Below the pieces are notes generated by a model. The model was not told where the DNA came from, did no database searches, and saw nothing but the letters and a program-made list of their open reading frames with translations. A stretch of 64,000 nt of DNA from Pristiophorus japonicus (Eukaryota): NCBI RefSeq assembly GCF_044704955.1, contig NC_091999.1:6820001-6884000 (forward strand), given 5' to 3'. A program made the position numbers and the translations under genes. This document shows, in pieces, positions 23,270-35,589 of this stretch. Position 1 is the stretch's first letter, and every line of letters starts with the position of its first letter.

Positions 23270-25625
23270 AGTGCGGTAGATGTCATATACATAGACTTTC
23301 AAAAGGCAAAGGCAAAAAGCAAAATTGAAGCCCGTGGGGGTTTAAGGGACATTGGCAGTGTGGGTACATGATTGGCGAAGGGACAGAGAGCAGAGAGTAG
23401 TGGTGAACGGGTGTTTATCGGACTGGAGGAAGGTATACAGTGATCTCCCGCAGAGGTCGGTGTTAGAACCACTGCTCTTCCTGATATATATTAATGACCT
23501 GGACCTGGGTAGACAGGGCATCATTCCAACATTTGCAGATGACCCGAAACTCAGAAATATAGTAAACAGTGAGGAGGAAACATAGACAATAGGAGCAGGA
23601 GTAGGCCATTCGGCCCCTCGAGCCTGCACCGCCATTTAATATGATCATGGCTGATCCTCTCTCTCAACACCATATTCCCGCTGTCTCCCCATATCCCTTG
23701 ATGCCTTTTGTGTCTAGAAATCTATCCATCTCCCTCTTAAATATATTCAGTGACTTGGCCTCCACAGCCTTCTGTGGTAGAGAATTCCACAGGTTCACCT
23801 CCCTCGGAGTGAAAACATTTCTCCCCATCTCGGTCCTAAATTTCCTACCCCATATCCTGAGACTGTGTGACCCCTTGTTCTAGACTTCCCAGTCCCGGGG
23901 AAACATCCTCCCCACATCCAGTCTGTCCAACCCCGTCAGAATTTTATACGTTTCAATGGGATCCCCTCTCATTCTTCTAAACTCCAGTGAATACAGGCCC
24001 AGTCGACCCAATCTCTCCTCATACCACAGTCCTGCCATCCCAGGAATCAGTCTGGTGAACCTTCGCTGCACTCCCTCTGTGGCAAGTATATCCTTCCTTA
24101 GGTAAGGAGACCAAAACTGTACACAATACTCCAGGTGCGGTCTCACCAAGGCCCTGTGTAACTGTAGTAACACATTCTTGCTCCTGTACTCAAACCCTCT
24201 TGCAATGAAGGCCAACATACCATTTGCCCCTAACTGCTTGCTGCACCTGCAGGTTTGCTTTCACTGACTGGTGTACAAGGACACCCAGGTCCCTCTGTAC
24301 ATCCACACTTCCCGAGCCATCACCATTTCAATAACACTTTGTCCTTATGCTTTTCCCTACCAAAGTGGATAACTTCACATTTATCCACGTTACACTGCAT
24401 CTGCCATGTGTTTGCCCACTCACTCAACTGATCTAAATCGCCTTGCAGCGTCATTGCATCCTCCTCACAACTCACAATCCCACCTCGTTTTGTGTCGTCA
24501 GCAAACTTGGAAATATTACATTTGGTTCCCTCATCCAAATCATTTATATATATTGTGAATAGCTGGGGCCCCAGCACTGATCCCTGTGGTACCCCACTAG
24601 TCACTGCCCGCCACCCTGAAAAAGACCCGTTTATCCCTACTCTCTGTTTCCTGTCAGTTAACCAATTCTCAATCCATGCCAATACATTACCCACAATCCT
24701 ACGTGCTTTAATTTTGCACACTAACCTCTTATGTGGGACTTTGTCAAAGGCCTTCTGAAAATCCAAATACACGACATCCACTGGTTCTCCCTTATCTACT
24801 CTATCAGGTACATCCTCAAAAAACTCCAGTGGGTTTGTCAGACGTGATTTTCTTTCCATAACTCCATGTTGACTGATAGTAGCGGACTTCAGGACTTGTG
24901 GAACGGGCGGACACGTGGCAGATGGAACTTAACGCAGAAACGTGCAAAGTGATGCATTTCGGTCGTACGAACAAAGAGAGGCGATATAAGCTCAAGGGTA
25001 CAATGCTAAAGGGGGTACATGAACAGAGAGACCTGGGGGTATACGGGCACAGATCGTTGGAGGTGGAGGGCAGGTTAGGAAAGCAGTTAAAGCTAATGGG
25101 ATCCTGGTCTTCATAAGTAGAGGCACAGAGCACAAAAGGGAGGGAGTTATGAGGGACCTTTATACAACACTGGCTGGGCCCCAACTGGAGTATTGTGTCC
25201 AATTCTAGGCACCGCACTTTAGAGAGGATGTGAAGGCCTTGGAGAAGGTGCAGAGGGAGATTGGCCAGAATGGTCCCGGGGATGTGGGACCTCAGTGACG
25301 GGGAGAGACTGGAGAGGCTGGGGCTGGGTCTCCGTGGAGCAGAGAAGGTTAAGGGGAGATTTAATCGAGGTGTTCAGAATGATGAGGGATCTGGACAGAG
25401 GAGACAGAGAGCAACTGTTCCCACTGGCGGGAGGGTCGGGAACCAGAGGGTCACAGATTGACGATAATCGGCGAAAGAACTTGTGGCAATAGAAGGAAAC
25501 GATTCTTTACACAGCGAGTTGTTGTGATCAGGAACGCGCGGCCTGAAAGGGCGCTAGGAACGGACTGAAGAGTAACGTTGACGAGGGAATTGGAGAAATA
25601 CGAGAAGGAGAAATGTTTACAGGGC
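23270..25625. mobile_element. Nested CR1 fragments (old + strand copy interrupted by a - strand copy at about 23580-24870)
   Basis: RT motifs on both strands in the ORF track. Confidence 0.85.
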
Positions 25626-25659
25626 ATTTTCGCAGGTTGGGTTGAGGAGACAACAACAA

Positions 25660-26855
25660 ATTGCGTTTATATAGCGCCGTTAACGTAGTGAAACGTCCCA
25701 AGGTGCTTCACAGGAGCGTTACGCGATAAATAAATTTGGCACGGAGTCACAGCAATAGAAATTAGGGACAGGTGACCAAAAGCTGGGTCAAAGAGGTGGG
25801 TTATAAGGAGCGTCTTGTAGGAACAAAGAGAGGTAGAGAGGTTAAGGGAGGGAGTTCCAGAGCTTGGGGCCCAGGCAACAGAAGGCACGGCCACCGATGG
25901 TGGAGCGATTATAATCAGGGATGGTCAGGGGGGCAGAATTAGAGGAGTGTAGACATCTCGGGGGGTTGTGGGGCTGGAGGTTACAGAGATAGGGAGGGGT
26001 GTAGGGGGGGAGGGGGTTACAGAGATAGGGAGGGGTGTAGGGGGGGAGGGGGTTACAGAGATAGGGAGGGGTGTAGGGGGGAGGGGGTTACAGGGTTAGG
26101 GAGGGGTGTAGTGGGGGAGGGGATTATAAAGATAGGGAGGGGTGTAGGGGGGAAGGGATTACAGGGATAGGGAGGGGTTTAGGAGGGAGGGGGTTACAGA
26201 GATAGGGAGAGGTGTAGGGGCTGGAGGGGTTACAGAGATACGGAGAGGTGTAGGGGGGGAGGGGGTTACAGAGATAGGGAGTTACAGGGATAGGGAGGGG
26301 TGTAGGGAGAAGGGGGTTACAGGGATAGGGAGGGGTGTAGGGGGGAGGGGGTTACAGGGATAGGGAGGAGTGTAGGGCAAGGGGGTTACAGGGATAGGGA
26401 GGGTTGTAGGGGGAGGGGTTTACAGGGATAGGGAGGGGTGTAGGGGGAGGGGGTTACAGGGCTAGGGAGGGGTGTAGGGGGGAGGGGTTTACAGGGATAG
26501 GGAGGGGTGTAGGGGGAGGGGGTTACAGGGATAGGGAGGGGTGTAGGGGGGAGGGGTTTACAGGGATAGGGAGGGGTGTAGGGGGAGGGGGTTACAGGGA
26601 TAGGGAGGGGTGTAAGGGGGAGGAGTTACAGGGATAGGGAGGTGTGTAGGGGGGAGGGGTTTACAGGGATAGGTGGTGTGTAGGGGGGAGGGGTTTACAG
26701 GGATAGGGAGGGGTGTAGGGGGGAGGGGGTTACAGGGATAGGGAGGGTTGTAGGGGGGAGGGGGTTACAGGGATAGGGAGGTGTGTAGGGGGAGGGGTTT
26801 ACAGGGATAGGGAGGGGTGTAGGGGGGAGGGGGTTACAGGGATAGGGAGGGGTGT
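25660..26855 (-). repeat. L2 3' end (25660-25975) running into a G-rich about 35-bp tandem array (25975-26855)
   Basis: Unit gggttacagggatagggaggggtgtaggggggag. Confidence 0.9.
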
Positions 26856-26919
26856 ACGGGTTGAGGGGAGGGGGCGAGAGGCAGCACTCCCTCAGCGGGG
26901 GGAACGGGAGCTCCTTTAC

Positions 26920-27226
26920 CTGACTCCTTTCTCAGCTGACCCTCGACCAGCCCCGGCCAGGACTGGTGACCCACCACGCAGGAGTAGTTGTGGCCACTGT
27001 CCCAGGCGGACGAGGGGACGGAGAGCTGGCTGACCGCCCGGAAGGTCCCCTGGCCGTCGGGGGTCACGGGGAAGGTGGTGGTTGTGTCCGTGACCTCTCC
27101 GGCCGGGGCCCTCCAGCCCAGGTACAGGTCCCCGGGTAGAACCCAGACACGAAGCAGGCAAGGGTGGTCATTCCGTCGTCGCGGGAACCCTCCGGCCATT
27201 CCACCTTCGCCGTGCGTATCTTCGGG
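26920..27226 (-). CDS. Last visible C1-set constant domain exon (5' end lost in the gap; apparent 1-nt frameshift at 27130-27133)
   Basis: PKIRTAKVEWPEGSRDDGMTTLACFVSGFYPG in one frame continues as DLYLGWRAP...GTFRAVSQLSVPSSAWDSGHNYSCVVGHQSWPGLVEGQLRKES in the next frame; one extra G restores the frame. Donor AG|gtaaag, phase 1. Confidence 0.88.
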
Positions 27227-27426
27227 NNNNNNNNNNNNNNNNNNNNNNNNNNNNNNNNNNNNNNNNNNNNNNNNNNNNNNNNNNNNNNNNNNNNNNNNNN
27301 NNNNNNNNNNNNNNNNNNNNNNNNNNNNNNNNNNNNNNNNNNNNNNNNNNNNNNNNNNNNNNNNNNNNNNNNNNNNNNNNNNNNNNNNNNNNNNNNNNNN
27401 NNNNNNNNNNNNNNNNNNNNNNNNNN
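27227..27426. other. Assembly gap (200 N)
   Basis: Run of N; the round size suggests a scaffolding gap of unknown true length. Confidence 0.99.
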
Positions 27427-27429
27427 CCT

Positions 27430-29990
27430 GTCTCCCTCTTCAACCTATCTACCTTCCCCTTCAATGTATCTTTAATATTTGCCTTAATCACTCCGTGTGG
27501 GAACGAGTTCCACATCCTCACACTCTCTGGATAAAGCAGTTTCTCCTGAATTTTCCATTGGTGTTATGAGTGAGTGTCTCATAGAAACACAGAAACATAG
27601 ACAATAGGAGCAGGAGTCGGCCATTCGGCCCCTCGAGCCTGCACCGCCATTCAATATGACCATGGCTGATCCTCTATCCCAACACCATATTCCCACTTTT
27701 TCCCCGTACCCCTTGATGCCTTTTTGTGTCTAGAAATCTATCGATCTCCCTCTTAAATATATTCAGTGACGTGGTCTCCACAGCCTTCTGTGGTAGAGAA
27801 TTCCACAGGTTCACCTCCCTCGGAGTGAGAACGTTTCTCCTCATCTCGCTCCTAAATTTCCCTACCCCGTATCCTGAGACTGTGACCCCTTGTTCTAGAC
27901 TTCCCAGCCCCCGGGGAAACATCCTCTCCGCATCCAGTCTGTCCAACCCTGTCAGAATTTTATACCTTTCAATGGGATCCCCTCTCATTCTTCTAAACTC
28001 CAGTGAATACAGGCCCAGTCGACCCAATCTCTCCTCATACCACAGTCCTGCCCTCCCAGGAATCAGTCTGGTGAACCTTCGCTGCACGTCCTCTGTGGCA
28101 AGTGTAAGAACATGAGAACATAAGAAATAGGAGCAGGAGTCGGCCATTCGGCCCCTCGAGCCTGCTCCGCCATTCAATAAGATCATGGCTGATCCGATCA
28201 TGGACTCAGCTCCACTTCCCCGCCCGCTCCCCATAACCCTTCACTCCCTTATCACTCAAAAATCTGTCTATCTACGCCTTAAATATATTCAATGACCCAG
28301 CCTCCACAGCTCTCTGGGGCAGAGAATTCCACAGATTTACAACCCTCCGAGAGAAGAAATTCCTCCTCATCTCAGTTTTAAATGGGCGGCCCCTTATTCT
28401 AAGACCATGCCCCCTAGTTCTAGTCTCCCCCATCAGTGGGAACATCCTCTCTGCATCCACCTTGTCGAGCCCCCTCATAATCTGATACGTTTCGATAAGA
28501 TCACCTCTCATTCTTCTGAACTCCAATGAGTAGAGGCCCAACCTCCTCAACCTTTCCTCATAAGTCAACCCCCTCATCCCCAGAATCAACCGAGTGAACC
28601 TCTCTGAACTGACTCCAAAGCATGTATATCCTTTCGTAAATATGGAAACTAAAACTGCACGCAGTACTCCAGGTGTGGCCTCACCAATACCCTGTATAAC
28701 TGGAGCAAGACTTCCCTGCTTTTATACTCCATCCCCTTTGCAATAAAGGCCAAGATACCATTGGCCTTCCTGATCACTTGCTGTACCTGCATACTAACCT
28801 TTTGTGTTTCATGCACAAGTAACCCCCAGGTCCCGCTGTACTGCGGCACTTTGTAATCTTTCTCCATTTAAATAATAACTTGCTCTTTGATTTTTTTTCT
28901 AACTCTATATTGATGGCGCGCCCAGTTCCAGTCTCCAACCACCCAGCCTCCTCCCCCCGCACGTGTAAACATCTTCTCTACGTCTACCCTGGCTGGGAAG
29001 TCCAGAACAAGGGGTCACACAGTCTCAGGATACGGGGTAGGAAACTTAGGAGAGAGATGAGGAGAAATGTTCTCACTCCGAGGGTGGTGAACCTGTGGAA
29101 TTCTCGACCACAGAAGGCTGTGGAGACCAAGTCACTGAATATATTTAAGAGGGAGATAGATAGATTTCTAGACACAAAAGGTATCAAGGGGTATGGGGAG
29201 AAAGCGGGAATATGGTGTTGGGATAGAGGATCAGCTATGATCATATTGAATGGTGGTGCAGGCTCGAGGGGCCGAATGGCCTACTCCTGCTCCTATTTTA
29301 TAAGTTTCTATGTTTCTATGAACCCCATCATAGTTTCACAACCTTCCCAACCACAATGTTGCCGGGACTGGAGAATTTTTAGTGATGAGGAAAGATTGGA
29401 TAGGCTGGGGTTGTTGTCTCTGGAACAGAGGAGGCTGAGGGGAGACCTGATTGAGGTGTATAAAATGATGAGGGGCCTGGATAGAGTGGATAGGACGGAA
29501 CTGTTTCCCTGGGCAGAGGGGTCAACAACCAGGGGGCAGAGATTGAAAGTAATTGAGGGGAGGTTTTGAGGGGATTTGAGGGGAAATGTCTTCACCCAGA
29601 GGGTGGTGGGGGTCTGGGGTGGAACTCACGGCCTGAAAGGGGGGTAGAGGCAGAAACCCTCACCACATTTGGATGTGCACCTGAAGTGCCGTAACCCACA
29701 GGGCTACGGACCCAGAGCGGGAAAGTGGGATTAGGCTGGGTAGCTCTTGGTCGGCCGGCGGGACACGCTGGGCCGAAATGGCCTCCTTCCGTGATTCTAT
29801 GATTCTATGAATCTTAAAGACCTCTATTAGATCCCCCCCTCCTTGGCCTTCTCTTTTCTAGGGAAACGAGACCTCAGACTGTCCAGTCTTTCCTGAGAAG
29901 TATATGCACTCAGTACTGGTATCATCCTTGTAAATCTGTTTTGCACCTTGTCCGGTGCCTCTCCGTCATTTTTTATAATGTGGAGAACAG
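27430..29990. mobile_element. Cluster of CR1 3' fragments on both strands
   Basis: Repeated [14 protein letters not shown] and NLWNSLP peptides and microsatellite tails. Confidence 0.85.
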
Positions 29991-30875
29991 AACTGTGTAC
30001 AGCACTCCAAGTATGATCTAACCCAGGTATATGGAGACCAGAACTGTGCACGGTGCTCCAAGTGTGGTCTAACCAAGGTATATGGAGACCAGAACTGTGC
30101 ACAGTGCTCCAAGTATGATCTAACCAAGGTATATGGTGACCAGAACTGTGCACAGTGCTCCAAGTGTGGTCTAACCAAGGTATATGGAGACCAGAACTGT
30201 GCACGGTGCTCCAAGTGTGGTCTAACCAAGGTATATGGAGACCAGAACTGTGCACAGTGCTCCAAGTGTGGTCTACCCCAGGTATATGGAGACCAGAACT
30301 GTGCACAGTGCTCCAATTCTGGTCTACCCCAGGTATATGGAGACCAGAACTGTGCACAGTGCTCCAAGTGTGGTCTAACCCAGGTATATGGAGACCAGAA
30401 CTGTGCACAGTGCTCCAACTGTGATCTAACCCAGGTATATGGAGACCAGAACTGTGCACAGTGCTCCAAGCGTGGTCTAACCCAGGTATATGGAGACCAG
30501 AACTGTGCACAGTGCTCCAACTGTGATCTAACCCAGGTATATGGAGACCAGAACTGTGCACAGTGCTCCAAGCGTGGTCTAACCCAGGTATATGGAGACC
30601 AGAACTGTGCACAGTGCTCCAACTGTGATCTAACCCAGGTATATGGAGACCAGAACTGTACACAGTGCTCCAAGCGTGGTCTAACCCAGGTATATGGAGA
30701 CCAGAACTGTACACAGTGCTCCAAGCGTGGTCTAACCCAGGTATATGGAGACCAGAACTGTGCACGGTGCTCCAAGTGTGGTCTAACCCAGGTATATGGA
30801 GACCAGAACTGTGCACATGCTCCAAGTGTGGTCTAACCCAGGTATATGGAGACCAGAACTGTGTACGGCGCTCCA
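29985..30875 (-). repeat. 51-bp tandem array derived from CR1 ORF2 (VRPHLEHCAQFWSPYTW)n, about 17 copies
   Basis: Unit ggagaccagaactgtgcacagtgctccaagtgtggtctaacccaggtatat. Confidence 0.95.
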
Positions 30876-30941
30876 GGTGTGGGCTGAATGGATGATCTAG
30901 CCTGTAGACGCTCAGTTGTCTATCAATCGCATGTCACTGAC

Positions 30942-31259
30942 CTGCTCTGCGGACCTGTGTCCTGATTGGCTCAGTCAGTGTCCGGTGTGATACCAGGCAG
31001 GTGTAGCTTGACCCTGATGCCCACAGCGAGCTGGGCGTGCTGAGCCTGCCGATCAGGGTATAACTCCCATCCGGTTGGACGGAGGGACCCGTGTTGGAGA
31101 GGCCTGTGCTGACCGGCTGATTATCCATCTCCCAGCTCAGCGAGATTTCCCCGGGGTAGAATCCGGTGGCTCCACAGATGAGCTCAACGTTGGTCCTGGT
31201 CGCGTTCTCCTCAGGTGGTGGCTGACGGAGGAAGACGGAGGGAGCCTGTAGGGGGCGCA
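30942..31259 (-). CDS. C1-set Ig constant domain exon 3
   Basis: Acceptor ccttctcctttgcAG, donor AG|gtcagt; 318 nt, phase 1-1. VRPLQAPSVFLRQPPPEENATRTNVELICGATGFYPGEISLSW...DGSYTLIGRLSTPSSLWASGSSYTCLVSHRTLTEPIRTQVRRA. Confidence 0.95.
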
Positions 31260-32899
31260 CTGCAAAGGAGAAGGTTAAACATTGTGAACGTTGTCTGGTG
31301 CCATCCTTATCTAGCTCATCGTAGCCAGAGAATCTCCTGCAATGGCTTCTCCTCCTGCCCCCACACCATTACCTCTGGTGTACCCCAAGGCTCGAGCCTC
31401 GGTCCCCTCCTATTTCTCATCTACATCTTGTCCCTTGGCGACAAGGAGTCAGTTTCCACATGGACCCTGATGACCAGCTCGACCTCTCCCCCACTTCTCT
31501 CCACTCTCTCTCAAGTGTCAGATTGCTTGTCCGACATCCAGTTGTGGACACCTGGGAGTCCCTGGCCAAACACCAGTCCGCCCCAAGTGTGCCCAGGAGG
31601 GGCGCTGAGCACCTCGAGTCTCGTCGCCGAGAGCGCGCAGAAACCAAGCGCAGGCAGCGGAAGGAGCGTGCGGCAAACCTGTCCCACCCTCCCCTTTCCC
31701 TCAACCACTGTCTGTCCCACCTGTGACAGGGACTGCGGCTCTCGTATTGGGCTGTTCAGCCACCTGAGGACTCATGTTCAGAGTGGAAGCAAGTCTTCCT
31801 CGATTGCGAGGGCCTGCCTACGGTGATGATCTGGATGAGCAGAAAGTTCCTCCGAGTGAATTATCGGGAAGACCGAAGCCATTGTTCTCGGTCCCCGCCG
31901 CAAACTCCGTTCCCCAGCCCCCGACTCCCTCCCTCTCCCCAACTCCTGGTCTGGGGGCTGAACCAGACTGTTCGCCACCTCGGGGTCGTATTTGCCCCAG
32001 GAATGAGCTTCCGGCCACATATCCGCGGCATAACTAAGACCGCCGATTTTCCTGTCCCCCCCGTAACATCGCCCGTCTCCGTCCCCCGCCTCCGCTCATC
32101 CGCTGCTGAAACCCTCACACAAGTTGTTGATGTAGAAGGTTCTGGATCATTCTCCAGCTCGAAACAGAGAAACAGAGAAATTTCCAGCGCAGAAGGAGGC
32201 CATTCCGGCCCATCGTGTCCGCCCCGGCCGACAAAGAGCCGCACGGCCCTCGGTCAGCAGGTTACATATAAACCTGTGAACAATGACGGAAAGGCAAAGA
32301 GCATCCAGCCCAACCAGTCCGCCTCACACAACTGCGACACCCCTTACACCGAAACATTCTATACTCCACCCCAACCGGAGCCATGTGATCTCCTGGGAGA
32401 GGCAAAAACCAGATAAAAACCCAGGCCACTTTAGGGAGATAAAAATCTGGGAAAATTCCTCTCCGACCCATCCAGGCGATCGACACTAGTCCAGGAGATC
32501 ACTCTGGCCGCATTCTATTCCCTGCGGTACTTACCGTTATATCTGCACCGTCCAACAAAAGGTCATCCAGTCTAATCCCAATTACCAGCTCTAGGTCCGT
32601 AACCCTGCAGGTTACTGCACTTTAAGTGCCCATCCAACCATCTCTTAAAAGTGGTGAGGGTTTCTACATCCATCACTCTTCCAGGCAGCGAGTTTCAGAT
32701 CCCCACAACCCTCTGCGTAAAGAAGCCCCCCCTCAAATCCCCTCTAAACCTTCCACCAACCACCTTAAAACGATGCCTCCCTCGTAATAGACCCCTCCAC
32801 CAATGGAAATAGACCCTTATGTCCAGGTCCCTCAATAATTTGTACAGCTAGTATCACTTTGAACCAACTCCCATTGATACAGTGCCTTGAGCAGAATAA

Positions 32900-34095
32900 A
32901 ACGTCCCAAGATTCTTCACAGGAGCGATTATCAAAAACAAATTTGACACCGAGCCACGTGAGGAGAAATTAGGGACAGGTGACCAAAAGCTGCGTCAAAG
33001 AGGGAGGTTTGAAGGAGCGTCTTGAAGGAGGAGAGAGAGGTAGAGAGGCGGAGAGGTTTAGGGAGGGAGTTCCAGAGCTTGGGGCCCAGGCAACAGAAGG
33101 CACGGCCACCGATGGTGTAGCGATTATAATCAGGGATGCTCAGGAGGGCAGAATTAGAGGAGCGCAGACATCTCGGGGGGTTGTGGGGCTGGAGGAGGTT
33201 ACAGAGGTAGGGAGGGGTGTAGGGGATGGAGGAGGTTACAGAGATAGGGAGGGGTGTAGGGGATGGAGGAGGTTACAGAGATAGGGAGGGGTGTAGGGGA
33301 TGGAGGAGGTTACAGAGATAGGGAGGGGTGTAGGTGCTGGAGGCGGTTACAGAGATAGGAAGTTGTGTAAGGGCTGGAGGAGGTTACAGAGATAGGGAGG
33401 GGTGTAGTGGTTGGAGGAGGTTACAGAGATAGGGAGGGGTGTAGAGGCTGGACGAGGTTACAGAGATAACAAGGGTTGTAGGGCCTGGAGGAGGTTACAG
33501 AGATAGTGAGGGATGTAGGGGCTGGAGGAGGTTACAGAGATAGGGAGGGATGTAGGTGCTGGAGGCGGTTACAGAGATAGGAAGTTGTGTAAGGGCTGGA
33601 GGAGGTTACAGAGATAGGGAGGGGTGTAGTGGTTGGAGGAGGTTACAGAGATAGGGAGGGGTGTAGAGGCTGGAGGAGGTTACAGAGATAACGAGGGACG
33701 TAGGTGCTGGAGGAGGTTACAGAGATAGGGAGGGGTATAGTGGCTGGAGGAGGTTACAGAGGTAGGGAGGGGTGTAGGGGCTGGAGGAGGTTACAGAGAT
33801 AGGGAGGGGTGTAGGGGTTGGAGGAGGTTACAGAGATAGGGAGGGGTGTAGGAGCTGGAGGAGGTTACAGAGATAGGTAGGGGTGTAGGGCCTGGAGGAG
33901 GTTACAGAGATAGGGAGGGGTGTAGGGGCTGGAGGAGGTTACAGAGATAGGGAGGGGTGTAGGGGCTGGAGGAGGTTACAGAGATAGGGAGGGGTGTAGG
34001 GGCTGGAGGAGGTTACAGAGATAGGGAGGGGTGTCGTGGCTGGAGGCGGTTACAGAGGTAGGGAGAGGTGTAGGGGCTGGAGGAGGTTACTGAGT
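32900..34095 (-). repeat. L2 3' fragment with a 37-bp tandem array (33185-34095, about 24 copies); same family at 63400-64000
   Basis: Unit gggctggaggaggttacagagatagggaggggtgtag. Confidence 0.92.
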
Positions 34096-34169
34096 TCGGG
34101 AGGGGCGAGGGCCATGGAGGGATTTGTAAACAAGGATGAGAATTGTGAAAGGCTTGTGTTCAGATCAAT

Positions 34170-35515
34170 CCAAAGCTGAGGCTTCAGGAACCAGAGCAAG
34201 GGACTGCGGCGTATTGGAGGGATATCAGGAAAGAGATCGTGGATACATTGGTTGTCATCTTCCAAAATTCCACAGATTCTCGGACGTTTCCCGCAGGTTG
34301 GAAGGTGACAGATATAACCCGGCTATTTGAGAAAGGAGGGAGAGAGAAAACAGGGAACTACAGAGCAGTTAGTCTGACATCAGTCGTCGGGAAAATAATA
34401 GAATCTATTATTAAGGACGTGGTAACAGGGCACTTAGCAAATAATAATAGGATTGGGGAGTCCACGGGATGAAAAGGGAAATCATATTTGTCAAATCTGG
34501 TTTGAGGTTGTAACAGCAGAAGAGATAAGGGGGGAACCAGTGGATGTGATATATTTGGTATATTTGTATTTCAGAAGGCAGTCAAGAGAAGGAATAAACA
34601 GGTTATTTTTGGGTGGGCAGGCTGTAGCGAATGGGGTGCCGCAGGGATCAGTGCTGGGGCCCCAGCTATTTACAATCTATATCAAGGATTTGGACGAGGG
34701 GACCAAATGTAATATATCCAAGTTTGCTGATGGTACAAAACTCGGTGGGAATGTAAGTTGTGAGGAGGATGCAAGGAGGGTGCAAGGGGATGGAGACAGG
34801 CTCAGTGAGTGGGCAAGACCATGGCAACTGGAATATAATGTGGAGTAATGTGAAGTTATCCACTTTGGTCGGAAAACTAGAAAAGCAGAGTATTGTTCAA
34901 ATGGCGAGAGATTGGCAAATGTTGGTGTTCCGAGGGACCTGGGGGGTCCTTGTACACCAATCACTGAACGTTAACAGGCAGGTACAGCAAGCAATGCAGA
35001 AAGCAAATGGTATGTTGGCCTTTATTACAGGAGGATTTGAGTCGAAGAGTAAAGACGTCTTACTGCGATTATATCGGGCCCCGGTGAGACCACACCTGGA
35101 GTATTGTGCACAGTTTTGGTCTCCTTACCTAAGGAAGGAGATACTTGCCACAGAGGGAGTGCAGCGAAGGTTCACCAGACTGATTCCTGGGATGGCGGGG
35201 ATTGTCCAATGAGGAGAGATTGGGTCGACTAGGCCGATACTCTCTAGAGTTTAGAAGAATGAGAGATGATCTCATTGAAACATTCTCACAGGGCCTGACA
35301 GGGTAGATGCAGGGAGGGTGTTTCCCCCTGGGCTGGGGAGTCTAGAACCAGGGGTCACAGTCTCAGGATAAGGGCTCGGCCGTTTAGGACTGAGATGAGG
35401 ATATGGGGATCGGGGGGGAAAGTGGAGTTGAGGTCAATGATCAGCCAGGATCTTATTGAATGGCGGAGAAGGCTCGAGGGGCCGAATGGCCGACTCCTGC
35501 TCCTACTTCTTATGT
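34170..35515 (+). mobile_element. CR1 RT / 3' fragment with internal deletions
   Basis: [24 protein letters not shown] and FADGTKL motifs. Confidence 0.88.
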
Positions 35516-35589
35516 AAGTCAGTGCCAAACAAGACCAGTAACACAAACCAAATCTTTCGAATATACCACAACAACCATTGTACCGGATC

